From: Thecamonas trahens ATCC 50062
Lineage: Eukaryota > Protista > Apusomonadida
Assembly: GCF_000142905.1 (NCBI RefSeq)
Contig: NW_013657672.1
Location: forward strand, 451,826-515,825
DNA: 64,000 nt
Reading direction: 5' to 3'
In this document: in pieces, positions 27,287-38,155 of the stretch
Layout: every line of letters starts with the position of its first letter
Position numbering within the stretch: the stretch's first letter is position 1
Program-made: the position numbers and the translations under genes
Notes under the pieces: generated by a model
What the model was told of the DNA's origin: nothing
Seen by the model: only the letters and a program-made list of their open reading frames with translations
Databases searched by the model: none

Positions 27287-28675
27287 TCACTGCGGTTGGG
27301 CGTAGCCGGATGCAGCCGATGCCTTGGCCCACACAATCGCGTAGTGGGCGGCGAGCTGGTTGTACATGGCGGCGAGGAAGACCTTGCGCTCATCGAGGGC
27401 CTTGGCCTCGGCGGCAGCGATGGCAAAGGCGGGCGTGTCCGGCGGAAGCATGTCCGCCACCGAGTGGGTCGAATGCAGATGCTTCTTGAACAGCCGCTGC
27501 TTGACGGCGAGGCGGAAGGCAGTGAGGGCGTCAGCGTCAGCACCGCCGGCGGTGAGCGCTGCGAGCTTGGCAGCCTCATAAGTGCGTGCCACCTGGGTCG
27601 CGGTCAGCTTGAGCGCAGCGCGGATGGCGTCGGAAGTGTCCTTGGCCAGCGGCGCGCCAGGCGCGCCGAGCGCGTCGGGTTTGAAGTAGCCGGCGGCGAG
27701 ACAAGCCTTGAGGTCGGCAACGTCGCGGAGAGTGACAAAGGCCGGCGCCGGATCCTCGACCGTGATCTCGATGATCTTGTCGGTGGCGCGGGCGTGGTCA
27801 AAGATGGTTTCGAGCAGGGCCAGGCCGTGGCCGGCGCGCTGGAACGGCGGGAGGATGATAAACTGCGAGACGCGGTAACGGATCGAGTCCGGAAGCGCCG
27901 CAAAGCGGTAGCATGTGGCGTAGCCCACAAACTTGGGCGCGGCGCATCCGGATGCTCGCCGCCAGAGCGTGTACACGTCCCACCGCGGATCTGTGTCTTC
28001 GATGAAGCGTGCAGCATCAATAAAAACGATGGGGAAGAAGCGCATGCGCTTATGCAGTGCACGCAGCGCCTCATCGTCGAACGTGCCCCGGTAGACGGTG
28101 TAGGTGCCGTCGTCACGGCTCCAGCTCGCCATCTCGGTCCCGGGCACCTCGGCACCCGCAGCGGCGTCTGGTGCGTTGCTGGCAGCAACCGAGTCGAGCA
28201 GCGCCGCCCGATCCGCCAGCATCGAGCTCGGCTCGAGCCACTCTACAAAGGCGGCGCCGATGTCGTCTGCCGGCACGCCGTCGTTGGTCTCGGCCTCGAC
28301 CTTTGCCGAGTACTTGACCTCGAGCGCCACGTCGAGCGTCGTGGCGTTGAACAGCAGCTCGATGGCCAAATCGGTGTATCCGTAGATCTTCTCATCATCC
28401 TCAAACACCTGATGCATCATCTCGGGTGGGAACGAGGCCTTGCCTTCCTCCTCATCGCCGGTCACCTCCTCCACTGTTCCCCTCCGCGTAGAAACTACCT
28501 CACGTGAGTTGGCCCTGATCGAACGGGTGGGGAAGGGGAAAGACGGTGGTGGGGTGGAAGAGTGGGGGGAGGGGGGAGGGGGGGGGGGGTCTCTCGTACC
28601 GAGGGTGAGGGTAGTTGCTTCGTAGGCAAGACAGACATTGTCAGGCAGTGGCTCGTCGCCGGTCTCGCTGGCCAT
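27287..28675 (-). CDS. HAT1: Histone acetyltransferase type B catalytic subunit
   Basis: FPPEMMHQVFEDDEKIYGY, FIDAARFI..DPRW, RVSQFIILPPFQRAGHG, EITVEDP. In-frame intron 28495-28599 (GTACGA...GGTAG). Confidence 0.92.
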   Translation of the reverse strand: MASETGDEPLPDNVCLAYEATTLTLGTRDPPPPPPSPHSSTPPPSFPFPTRSIRANSREVVSTRRGTVEEVTGDEEEGKASFPPEMMHQVFEDDEKIYGYTDLAIELLFNATTLDVALEVKYSAKVEAETNDGVPADDIGAAFVEWLEPSSMLADRAALLDSVAASNAPDAAAGAEVPGTEMASWSRDDGTYTVYRGTFDDEALRALHKRMRFFPIVFIDAARFIEDTDPRWDVYTLWRRASGCAAPKFVGYATCYRFAALPDSIRYRVSQFIILPPFQRAGHGLALLETIFDHARATDKIIEITVEDPAPAFVTLRDVADLKACLAAGYFKPDALGAPGAPLAKDTSDAIRAALKLTATQVARTYEAAKLAALTAGGADADALTAFRLAVKQRLFKKHLHSTHSVADMLPPDTPAFAIAAAEAKALDERKVFLAAMYNQLAAHYAIVWAKASAASGYAQPQ

Positions 28676-28901
28676 GGTTATGGTGGGGGAGTGGGGGGGG
28701 AGAGAGAGAGTTGAGTGGGCGATGGCAAGCAACCGCGTCATGTCAGCAGGTCAAGTCATCGTGTTCATTGACATTGACACCCACACACCCACGGGAACGG
28801 AGGGTATGGGATGGATGAGGGGGGAGGGGGGGGGGGGAGGGGGGAAGGTGTACAGAAGGAGCCGTGGTAGAGGGACGGCAGGCGGAGAGCGAGGCAGCGA
28901 A

Positions 28902-29267
28902 TCACTCGTCAGCCCCAAACGTGTTCTCGCCCGAGTACGTGGCGTAGAGGAAGCCGTCCTCGTCGCGGTGCTCCTCGTAGACTGATGACATCAGCGAAGC
29001 TGTTGCCGGAATGGTGCCGTTGACAAAGATGAAGATGGCCTTCTCGGGCGAGAGCCGGATGCGCTTGCGGATGACGTACACAAACTGGCCGACGGTCAGG
29101 TCTGCCGGCACCAGGTACTTCTTCTTGTCAATCTGTGGGATGTCTCCAGAGTTCTCGGCCTTCTCACAAATGACCGGAATGCGGTCAGAGTACTTGGCCC
29201 GAATGCGGTCGGCTTCGGACCGGCGCTTCTCCAGCGAGTGCTCGGCCTTGAATGAGTTGGCCGACAT
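28902..29267 (-). CDS. ATG8: Autophagy ubiquitin-like protein ATG8/GABARAP
   Basis: [49 protein letters not shown] followed by a cleavable ADE tail. Confidence 0.98.
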   Translation of the reverse strand: MSANSFKAEHSLEKRRSEADRIRAKYSDRIPVICEKAENSGDIPQIDKKKYLVPADLTVGQFVYVIRKRIRLSPEKAIFIFVNGTIPATASLMSSVYEEHRDEDGFLYATYSGENTFGADE

Positions 29268-30364
29268 GTTGTGTGTTGGTTGAGAGGCGGTCGATGCAAG
29301 CCACAGAGGTACACGCGCCAGCTACTGTTCTATAGACTCTTGCAGCAAGTTCCACTCACGCACCAAGCAGCACTGTACGCCGCACAGCACACAGTTCCGC
29401 AGCGTAGTTTCCCCGCGCCACAGCCCACCCGCCGCCACCAAAGCACGCCATCCACCACCACCCACGTCCATACACACACCAATAACGATTCCGTATTCAG
29501 CCACCACCAAGCGCGAATCCAACACACATCGCACATGCCACCCATTACCCACCGTGAGTCATTGCAGGGCAGTGCGAGGCACTGGCTCGTGCGTCTAGCG
29601 AATCACAAAAAATGGAACGACGGGCCAGGGCGTCAGACGTCATGCAAGGGCCACACCACCGGCACGGCCTGGCGATGCTGGGAAGCTTGATGGAGAAGGC
29701 AAACCCCGCTAGCATGCCTTGTTTCCCCCTTCTCCTCCATCTTAGAATGGGTTCTCTTCCCCTTGTTCGTCATCCGTTGTCTGCAGCCGGCTTCGAGTGT
29801 GCCTTCCAGGAACACTCAGCGACACGAAGCGGCGACGGGGAGGGCAGAGCCCAACCCGTCACCGCTTCAGAGCCTCAACGGCTAGCCACAAGACAACGGC
29901 CGGTTCCCCCGCCTCCTCCCACACACCCTACCCTCTCCCACACATACCACCACACCGACACACTCCATTCTCCATACTCACTCTGTCCCCCATTCCCTCT
30001 TCACCCTTGCCCTCCCTCCCCTCCCCCCAACTCTCTTCCTTCATTAACCCCAAACCCACTCGCATGTGCGACCTCTCCGCCTTCACTTACAGTTTCGAGA
30101 GGGGTGTTGCCAACCAAAGATTGGAATGGAAATGAAATGACAATGCAAAACAGCAGAGAACAATGGCCAGACAGCGGCACGGGGGGGGAGGGGGGGGGGG
30201 GGGGGGGAGTCAGCGACACAGCCACACTCGGAACTGTTCCATTGAGTCACGTCGAGTTGTTCATGGAACACAGGCACCACAGCAAGGTGCACATGCCGAA
30301 AACACACGCGCACACTCTCACACTCACACACTTGTGCACTTTCACACACATATGCATCTGTAGG

Positions 30365-30425
30365 GCGAGATCACGGCGAGATCACAGCGAGATCACAGCG
30401 AGATCACAGCGAGATCACAGCGAGA
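30365..30425. repeat. 11-bp tandem repeat GCGAGATCACA x5
   Basis: Directly visible, about 140 bp upstream of the DUSP ATG. Confidence 0.9.
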
Positions 30426-30562
30426 GGAAGGTGAGAGCAAGGCAGGCAGCGCGCCAGCCCCCCCCCCCTGAACTCGAGCGGTCACGGGAAGCCACCTCAC
30501 GCTTCAGCTGCAACTCTCCCCACACTCGACTGCGCTCATAGAGCCAGTGGCTACGCTCGCGC

Positions 30563-31231
30563 ATGGCTGACGCGACCGAGCCTGAGCTTGGATCGGACGA
30601 CTGGGTCGACGAGAGGCACAAGGCAGTGTTTGGCCACAGCGGCGGCGATGAGGCCGAGAGTGCATTTGATCTGCTCAAGGTCTTCTCGGAGATCCAGGAG
30701 GTCGTGCCGGGCGTGTGGCTGACGTCGCTGGACGGGGCGCAGCATCGCGCACGGGTGGCCGCCACCGGCGCGTCGCACATCCTCTCGCTCGGTCTTCCCA
30801 TCCAGATGCCGCCAGTCTTTGCCGGTGACGACGAGCTCAAGCTGACATACAAGATCATCAACATTGCCGACGACGCCCGCAGTGATCTCATCGGCGTCAT
30901 CCGCCCCGCACTGACGTATATGTCCGAGGCCGTCTCCACCGGCTCAGGCGTCATCGTCCACTGCCAGGCCGGCGTCTCGCGATCGTCGTCGGTCGTCATC
31001 GCCTACCTCATGGTCGATCCGGCCCATCGCCTCTCATATGCCGCCGCTTACGAGACTGTCCTTGCTGCCCGTCCCATCATCGAGCCGAACATCGGGTTCC
31101 TTGCCCAGCTCGCAGCCTTTGCCCGCCAAGGCGCCCGCCTTCCGCCGCCGCCCGACCCCGATCCCGATCCCGATCCCGCCGCATCTCAACACCCTCACAC
31201 TCACCGTACTCATCCATATAACATGGTCTAG
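30563..31231 (+). CDS. Atypical dual-specificity phosphatase
   Basis: EVVPGVWL, INIADD, VIVHCQAGVSRSSSVVIAYLM, RPIIEPNIGFLAQL. Confidence 0.92.
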   Translation: MADATEPELGSDDWVDERHKAVFGHSGGDEAESAFDLLKVFSEIQEVVPGVWLTSLDGAQHRARVAATGASHILSLGLPIQMPPVFAGDDELKLTYKIINIADDARSDLIGVIRPALTYMSEAVSTGSGVIVHCQAGVSRSSSVVIAYLMVDPAHRLSYAAAYETVLAARPIIEPNIGFLAQLAAFARQGARLPPPPDPDPDPDPAASQHPHTHRTHPYNMV

Positions 31232-31386
31232 TTGCCCATCTAGCACTGCCCCGCCTGCGCCCGCCCCGTACACCCTCCCACCCCAACACCGCCACCACCA
31301 GCGAGACTACTTGCCGTCGGTGATCCCGCCACCTCACGCCTCCCCCCCCTCCCCCCCCCCCAACCTCCCCACACCGCACTCCGTGC

Positions 31387-31674
31387 ATGATCGGACTGAA
31401 GACACCAGCACTCATCGGGCTCGGATATCTCCTCTGCCGCTACCACGTCCTGGACTATGCGCTTGTGCTGAAAGACCTGCCCCTGCTCTCCCACAAGCTT
31501 ACCCTTGCCGCCCTCGTCGCTGCTCCCGCCGTCTTCTTTGTCTTTGCCCTCGCTCTTCCCCTTGCCTCGCTGGCCCACGCAGAACGCGCCGCCTTTCCCA
31601 AGCCTCACTCAGACTTCCCACGCCCGCGCTTCCTCACTGCTGAAGCCCAGCTCCGTCGCCGCGGCTCGTTCTAG
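31387..31674 (+). CDS. Small hydrophobic membrane protein of unknown function (95 aa)
   Basis: ATG follows a C-rich tract; coding-like codon usage; two hydrophobic stretches. Confidence 0.5.
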   Translation: MIGLKTPALIGLGYLLCRYHVLDYALVLKDLPLLSHKLTLAALVAAPAVFFVFALALPLASLAHAERAAFPKPHSDFPRPRFLTAEAQLRRRGSF

Positions 31675-31691
31675 CTCCATTCTCTCCCGCC

Positions 31692-34061
31692 ATGGCCTCG
31701 TCGTACGGCTCAGGCCTCGCCGCTCTCGCTTCCGCCTCACCGCCGCGGCTCCCGCCGTCATCATTGCGCACTGCGCCGTCAACTGGTCTGCTCTCGCGAG
31801 CCCGCCACGGGTATGCGTCGGCCGGCGCCACTCCACGTACCATGCCGACCCAGGTCTGCACCCTTTACTGGCCGCGCCACGCCACATCGTCGCCGTCGGG
31901 CTGGCTCGTCGGATGGAACATCGGTGGCTTTGTCGCCGCTGTCGCCGCCGTCGTCCCAGACATCTCGCACCGCGAACTTGCTGCACGTCTCACCAACGAT
32001 CCGGCTCTCGCCGCCGTCGCTGCACGCCTGCCCGCAGCCGCCCAGCTCTCCATCCTCGGCCGCTGGCACTCGGAGCTCCTCGCTACAGGCGCGCAGCCGG
32101 CGGCGTTTGCCACTGACTCACCCGCCTCGCTCAACGTCCTGCAGCAGGCCGCCAACTTTTGGTTCGAGCTCGAGTGCGCCGCCCTCGACGCGCCCGTTGT
32201 CCTTCGCGAGATCTACTGCTGCGGCTACCGCTACACCCGTGTTGCCATGCACGTTGTCGTCTTTGACCCGCCGCAGGACGACCACTTTCTGGCCATGACC
32301 CCACTCTCGCTCGACGTTGTCTCGCTCCCGCTCCCCCGACCAGCTGCAGCCGCCGAACCGGCCACGTTCCCACCACATACGACGGCGTCCAGCGAAGGCG
32401 CGAGCCCACAGCACCAGCCTCCCGCCTTTCTCCCACCCAAGTCTGGCACGCCCGCCACCGTTGTCCCGCCCATCGCCGCCATGCCACGCTTCGCCAGCCT
32501 CCGCTCGTCAGGCTCGAGCCTGCCTGGGCCGTCTATTCCTGACACCGGCGTCATTCTCGACCACATCAACGTCTCGCGGTCGATCCAGGCTGCGCTGCGA
32601 GCACAGCCAGCCGAGCGCGCCCCGCGCGCGCTCCCGCCCCCACTCTGCTCGCTTGTCTGGCTTCTCGCGGTCATCGCCTCGCTTGTCTGGCCGCTCGTCT
32701 TTCCGCTCCTCCGCGTCGGCTACCGCGTCGCCGTCTTTGTATCGGCCGTGCTCAACGCCCGTTTCCAGCCTGGATCCAGTCGCTCCTCGAGTCGCACCTT
32801 CCGCCGGCCACACCGGCGTCGCTCGTCGCCATCTCGTCAGTCGCCAAGCTTGTCGACGAGCGACTGCACCAGCTATGTATGCTCCCACACCTTGCCGCCG
32901 CGACCATGGCCCGGTTCGATCGGTCAGCAGTCTCGCGCGCCCACTACATCCACGCCGTCAACCAAGCGTGGCTTCTCATCAACGACCTCGTCTTTGGCGT
33001 CATGGCCCTCTTCCTCGTCCGCAATCATGCCGAGCGAGCCATCCAAGTTGTCCACCGGTCCTCGCTCCTCCTCACCGGCGGCGACATCCTCTCTTCGCAT
33101 CTCATGTGGCTCATGGGCTGGCCGTCGGGCTTCAAGCTCAACGCCAACTTTGACGCCTTTCTCGGCGCCAACTTTCTCGCCGGCATCCAGGCCTGGCGGG
33201 CGCTGACCGACTGGCTCTCGCCAGCCAATGTGTACTTTTCTATGCCGTCGTCACCTCGTCGGTCTTTGGCCTCTCGATGATGCTCGCCGTCCTCTCGGAC
33301 CTCCTCTCGGTCATCACCCTCCATGTCTACGTCTTCTACCGCGTCGCCGCAGGCCTCTACAAGTCGCTGGCAGACGTCATGAGCTCGCTGTGGAAGCTCT
33401 TTCGCGGCAAAAAGTACAATGTCCTCCGCAAGCGTATCGACTCGTGTAACTACAACCTCGACCAACTCCTCCTTGGCACCATCCTCTTCACCATCCTCTT
33501 CTTTCTCGCCCCACCACCATCGTCTACTACGCTTTCTTCACTCTCGCTCGCCTCGCCATCGTCACCGCCCAGCTCGGCCTGCTCCTCACCATCTCGCTCC
33601 TGCATCACTTTCCGCTCTTTGGCCTCACTGTTTACGCCCGCGACTCGGCTCGCCTCCCTGGAGGCATCCGCTTCCAGCCCATCCGCGGCTCGGTGCTCCG
33701 CCTCTCGCTTCCAGCCGTCAAGCGGAACATCATGTCGGCTGTCCGCGACCGCGATGCCCAGAAGCCGCTCACCGCTCCGGACCCGGCCGCCGCCTTTCGC
33801 CCCTGGACCACCTATTTTGAGATCCGCAACCGCCCGCTTCCGCCGGCCGCGCTCTTTTTCCAGTACTCGCGCGTGGCCAAGCTCGTCACGGCTTCACAGC
33901 CGCTCATGATCTGGCCGCTGCTCTCCGGTGAGCCCATCCGTCCACCGCCTGACCTGCAGTACCCGCGTCTTGCCGCCCTGCCGTCCGCCGAAGACTTTGA
34001 CGCCCTTGGCGAGCTCATTGCCCACGCTCTGGCCCGCGCCAAACTGCTTTGGGCGGCATAG
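31692..34061 (+). CDS. PIGQ: GPI-GlcNAc transferase subunit PIG-Q/GPI1; three apparent -1 frameshifts
   Basis: [68 protein letters not shown]. Reading frames join at 32762, 33236 and 33509. Start at 31692 or 31842. Confidence 0.9.
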
Positions 34062-34086
34062 TAGAACCAGTAAAGCCAGCCTCGCC

Positions 34087-35199
34087 TCACACCTTTGGCG
34101 GCGAGCTGAAGATCTTGCGGAGGACCACAAAGGCATGCGTTGACGATGCGTCGTCCGGCGAGTCGATGTGCGACGCCGCCAGTCGCCCCATTGCCGCCTC
34201 TCGCTCCGCTTTGCTTCCGTACGCCACCTGCGCAAGCTCCAATCGCGCCGCTCGCACTCGCGCCGCTCGCACAGCCTCTGCGGTCATCGGCCGGGTGACA
34301 ACGCCAGTGTTGCTAGCCCCGCTCGGCGAGCACGAGCCGCGGCTGCTCCGCCCACAAGCCCCGCTCCCGCTCCCACTCCCACTCACAATCCCGCTTGCCA
34401 TTCCGCTCCGCCACGGTGCACGCCGTGACTCTTGCCATCGCGCATACGCCTCGTCCGAGATCTCGTCGAGCCGATGCGAGCTGCCGTCGTCCAAGACACT
34501 CACGGCTCCGGTCTGCCGATCCCTCACCCGCTGCGCTGCCAGCCGTGCCGCGCGCACCGCGCGCTCCTCGCGCTCCGCTAAAATGGCTGCCACCTCGGCC
34601 TCGGTCAGCGGCCGGCGCGCAACTTTCGCCGGCGCCGTCATCGGGCGTGCCCGTCGCTGCCGCCAAGGCCGAAGCCGCCGAGTCGGTGTGGCCGGCTCCG
34701 CGGACGCTCCTGCTTCGACTTCCGCAACAGGAGCAGAATCCGAGAGGCCAGACGACGCCTCAGTCATTGAATTGGTCTCCTCCTCCGACTCTCTGTCGTC
34801 TGCTGCGACCATCGCAGACTGGCCAACGGCACGCCGCTCGTCAACCTCGGTGAGCACCGCCACCGGGGCGAGCGGCACCAAGAGCGGCGATCGAGACTTC
34901 AGCTCTGGGAGCGGACAGACTGGTGTCATGGCAGCCTCTGCATCGACATGGTGGCTCTCATTTGCAGATGGCAGCGGATGCGGGTGGACTGTGCGGGTGA
35001 CTCGGGCAGCAGCTCGTGTCCGTTCCCGGCACAGGCAGGCGGCGAGGACGAGGACGACCATGAGCAGGCCGCCACAGACCACAGCAACTGGAGGACGGGA
35101 GAGGGTGAGTGAGGAAGGGAGGGGAGAGAGAGGGAGAGAAGAAGGGGAGGAGAGAGAGAGGGGGGTCGTACTGGCCCATAGAGTCTCGTCTGCCAGCAT
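34087..35199 (-). CDS. Orphan protein with N-terminal TM helix and disordered cytoplasmic part
   Basis: MLADETLWA|IAVVCGGLLMVVLVLAACLCR after removing intron 35088-35171 (GTACGA...CTCCAG). Stop converges on PIG-Q. Confidence 0.6.
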   Translation of the reverse strand: MLADETLWASTTPLSLSSPSSLPLSPLPSSLTLSRPPVAVVCGGLLMVVLVLAACLCRERTRAAARVTRTVHPHPLPSANESHHVDAEAAMTPVCPLPELKSRSPLLVPLAPVAVLTEVDERRAVGQSAMVAADDRESEEETNSMTEASSGLSDSAPVAEVEAGASAEPATPTRRLRPWRQRRARPMTAPAKVARRPLTEAEVAAILAEREERAVRAARLAAQRVRDRQTGAVSVLDDGSSHRLDEISDEAYARWQESRRAPWRSGMASGIVSGSGSGSGACGRSSRGSCSPSGASNTGVVTRPMTAEAVRAARVRAARLELAQVAYGSKAEREAAMGRLAASHIDSPDDASSTHAFVVLRKIFSSPPKV

Positions 35200-35373
35200 G
35201 GAGAGTGAGGTGCAGTGGCCGGGCTGGCCCGGCGGCAGAACGGCGCCGTTTGTCATGTGAGAACTGCGGTCAAGGGTGTTCGTGTTTGATCCTCTAGCAC
35301 GAGGGCAGGGAGGTGCGGAGTAGGGAGTAGGGAGTAGGGGGGGGGGGAGCAAGGGAGGGGGGCGGATCCACGG

Positions 35374-36588
35374 TCAGTTCGTGGAGGCAGCCGCAGCTTC
35401 GTCGTCGCCGACGCGGGCGCGCTCGTCATCAAACGAGTTGATGGAGCGGAGGACGGTGACACCCGAGGCGTCGACCTTCTTGACAAAAAAGGCCGGCATG
35501 GAGACCATGAAGCGGGTCTGCAGCTCGGCGATGCATGCGTCGAGGATGGCCAGGATCTCGTCCTCGGACATGTTCGGCCGCCACATGCGGTCCATGAGGC
35601 CGTAGGTAAAGTACGCGCCGTACCCGTGGGCGCCAAACGGCACCTTGGCCATCGCTGCGAGGTAGTCCATAAAGTACAGCGAGGCGCCGTCAACCTCGTC
35701 GTACCCGCCGATGAGCGTGTTGACCTGCCACGGCTTACGCCGCAGCGCGTCCGCCAGTGCCTTGCGCGTCCACGCCGCAGCCTCGGCCGTCGTCAGCGCC
35801 GTGTCGTTGCGGAGCTCGTACAGCTTGAGGTTCTTGGCCACAAACTCCGCAAAATGCGTCCGATCGCCGGCATCTCCAGCGCATCCCATGATCTTGTACT
35901 CATCCAACTGTTCAAACCGCACCGCTCCGCTGTGTGAGTCGCCTGCCGCCTTCTCCCTCCTGCCGCCTGCCGGCGCACCAGCAGGTCGCCCTGCGCTCTC
36001 CAGCCGGCCACAGCCTCTCGCGGCTACCTGCTTGCAGTAGCCCACGCCCATAGCTCCTGTACACATTCGCCTCTTGCCTCTCCTGCACCAGCACCTCTCC
36101 ACGCACGAGTGGCAGACGTGGGCGGATGCCCAGCGGTAGGTGACCTGCTGGGACTCGCCCGCAGCCACAGGTCGCCCTCTGCCCGGCGGGTCGTCTCCCT
36201 ACCACAGCCACTGGCGGCTCACCATGCCCACCAGGACTCGGTCACTACCACCACACAAGGTCTCTTCATACGTAACCACATAGCCATTGCCCTGTACGAG
36301 GCATAGGGGGGCGGAGGGTACCGCGAGTGTACGTACACACACACCCTCCGGCAGCAGCGTGATCGCCGCGACCTTCTCCCCCCCCAAAGGGCAAAAAATG
36401 GAGAGACACAGGACACAGGTATGGAAGGGCGGGGATGGGCATGGGTATAGGCATGGACATGGGTATGGGTGACATACCTCGGGAATCTTGTCCTCGTCGG
36501 CCTTGATCCGCATAATCGAGCGGGTCTGTCCGGCGTCGGTCGCAATGATGGTGAAGCCATCGCCCACAAAGCCCAGAACAACGTCCAT
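35374..36588 (-). CDS. PSMB2: 20S proteasome subunit beta 4 (PSMB2/PRE1)
   Basis: Exon 1 MDVVLGFVGDGFTIIATD..RSIMRIKADEDKI; intron 35908-36477 (GTATGT...AACAG); exon 2 GDAGDRTHFAEF..NLKLY..LYFMDYLA..AHGYG. Confidence 0.95.
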
Positions 36589-36731
36589 GGTGTGAGAGGT
36601 GGCGGGGGAGACGGGTGGTCTGTGGTCGGTCGGCCCGGGCGACGACGGGCGGCGGGGGCGGCGGGGGGCGGCGGTCGGGGATCGGACCATCGACGACGGA
36701 TCATACGGTTTCCTTTTACGAGAGTGACGCA

Positions 36732-37672
36732 TCACAGCCGAGTTGGCCGCTGGAGTCGCAACGCTGCGGGTACATAGGTGAGAGGTAGGGTAGTGGTAGG
36801 CGCACTGGTGGATGGCCGAATGAGGGGAGTGGTGCCCGAAGGGATGCTCGCGTGCTGCAGGACTACGCTGGCGATGGCGGCGTCAGGCGTACCGGCTGGC
36901 ACGCCGCTAAGAATGGCAAACGCACCGAGTGTCCGCATGCCAAAGAAAGCCCCGAATGCGGCGTGCGAAGCAGAAATCACAGCCAGTGGGACGCGCTTGG
37001 ACTCGCAGAGAAGCGGAAGATGGGTGAGCAAATGAGCGGCGCCAGACTCACGCGCAACGACAACTGCCTCAACCTTGCCCTTCTCCAGCGCCTTGGTCAC
37101 CGCGTTGATGCCTAGTGCCGTGTGCTTGAGCGCCCGAGCCGGCACCGCTCGCTTCCTCCGCGCCGCCGCCCGCTTACCCTTGCCTTTGCCTGCCCGCGCG
37201 GCGCTCTTGCCGTCGTCCTCACTCTCACGCTTCCGTTTCCTCGACGGCGACGCTGCCACGGTCTCGACCAGGTCAACGCCCGCTAGCGCCTGGCGGAGAG
37301 TGCTGAAGAAGAACTTGCTCGAGATAGCAACGTCGGGCGGGAGCGAGGCGCGAGCGGGTGACGGAGTACGATCTTGACGGCCTTCTTGCCAGTCAATCTG
37401 CGCTTTGGTCTGCTCTTTCTGGCCTGTGTCTCACTCTTGCCGTCTTCACCCTCGCTTTTCTTGCCCTTCTTCTTCTTAGCCCCGTCCTTCCGTCCGCCAG
37501 CCGCCAGCAGTGGCGAAGCCCGCGGCGAAACAACCTCGCCCGTCGCCGTCGTCAGCACCGCGTGCACCCGCCCGCCGCCCAGCACCACAGCAGCCGCTTC
37601 CCCGTCCTCACCGCCATGTCTCTCTGCCCCGCTCTTCCTGCTCTGCACATCTCCGCTCCGCTTGCGCTTCAT
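36732..37672 (-). CDS. L7Ae-family protein, probably RNase P/MRP subunit RPP38-like; one apparent frameshift
   Basis: LGINAVTKALEKG..VVVARES..LLTHLPLLCESKRVP is the L7Ae fold. The basic N-terminal ORF (ATG 37672) joins it through a -1 shift near 37340-37365. Confidence 0.7.
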
Positions 37673-38155
37673 GCCCGCCCCTCGCTCCCGACTGGCCCTG
37701 GACGTCAAGTGCCGTAGCCTGCCCACACACACCCGAGTGATCCCGTCGCTCCGCCCGCCTCACCCACCGCCTCATCGACCAGGCGACGACTGCGGCCGGA
37801 GGATGAGAGATCCACGGATCAGCGTCGTATTTTAGGCTCGCGAGGAGCGCCACAAGATCGAGGCGAGTGCGGGGGAGTGTGCGACCGATAGCCCCGTGTG
37901 TGTGAGTTGCGAAGCTAGTCTCGGTCTAAATCGTCGGCTCGTGGTGCCTATGTCACTCTGACACGATCTGCTGGATCTCCGATTTTTAGGCGATGCCTTG
38001 CTTCGCCAATGTCGCCAAGCACTTCAGGTGCGTGGTTAATGCGGCTCGATGGAAAGAGGGGAGTTGTGAGGGCTGTGGAGTGTGGTCTCATTCAGGATCT
38101 AGCACCGATCGCGGTCCACTTGCTTGTTCCGTCTGGTGTCCGCGCAAAGGGTGAT

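Noticed and set aside
29300-30560. ORFs in the ATG8-DUSP divergent spacer
   Set aside because: Low-complexity, non-coding composition with no recognisable motifs.
37700-38150. Possible ncRNA in the spacer between the L7Ae and F-box genes
   Set aside because: No convincing C/D or H/ACA boxes or tRNA cloverleaf seen by eye; an Infernal/Rfam scan would be needed.
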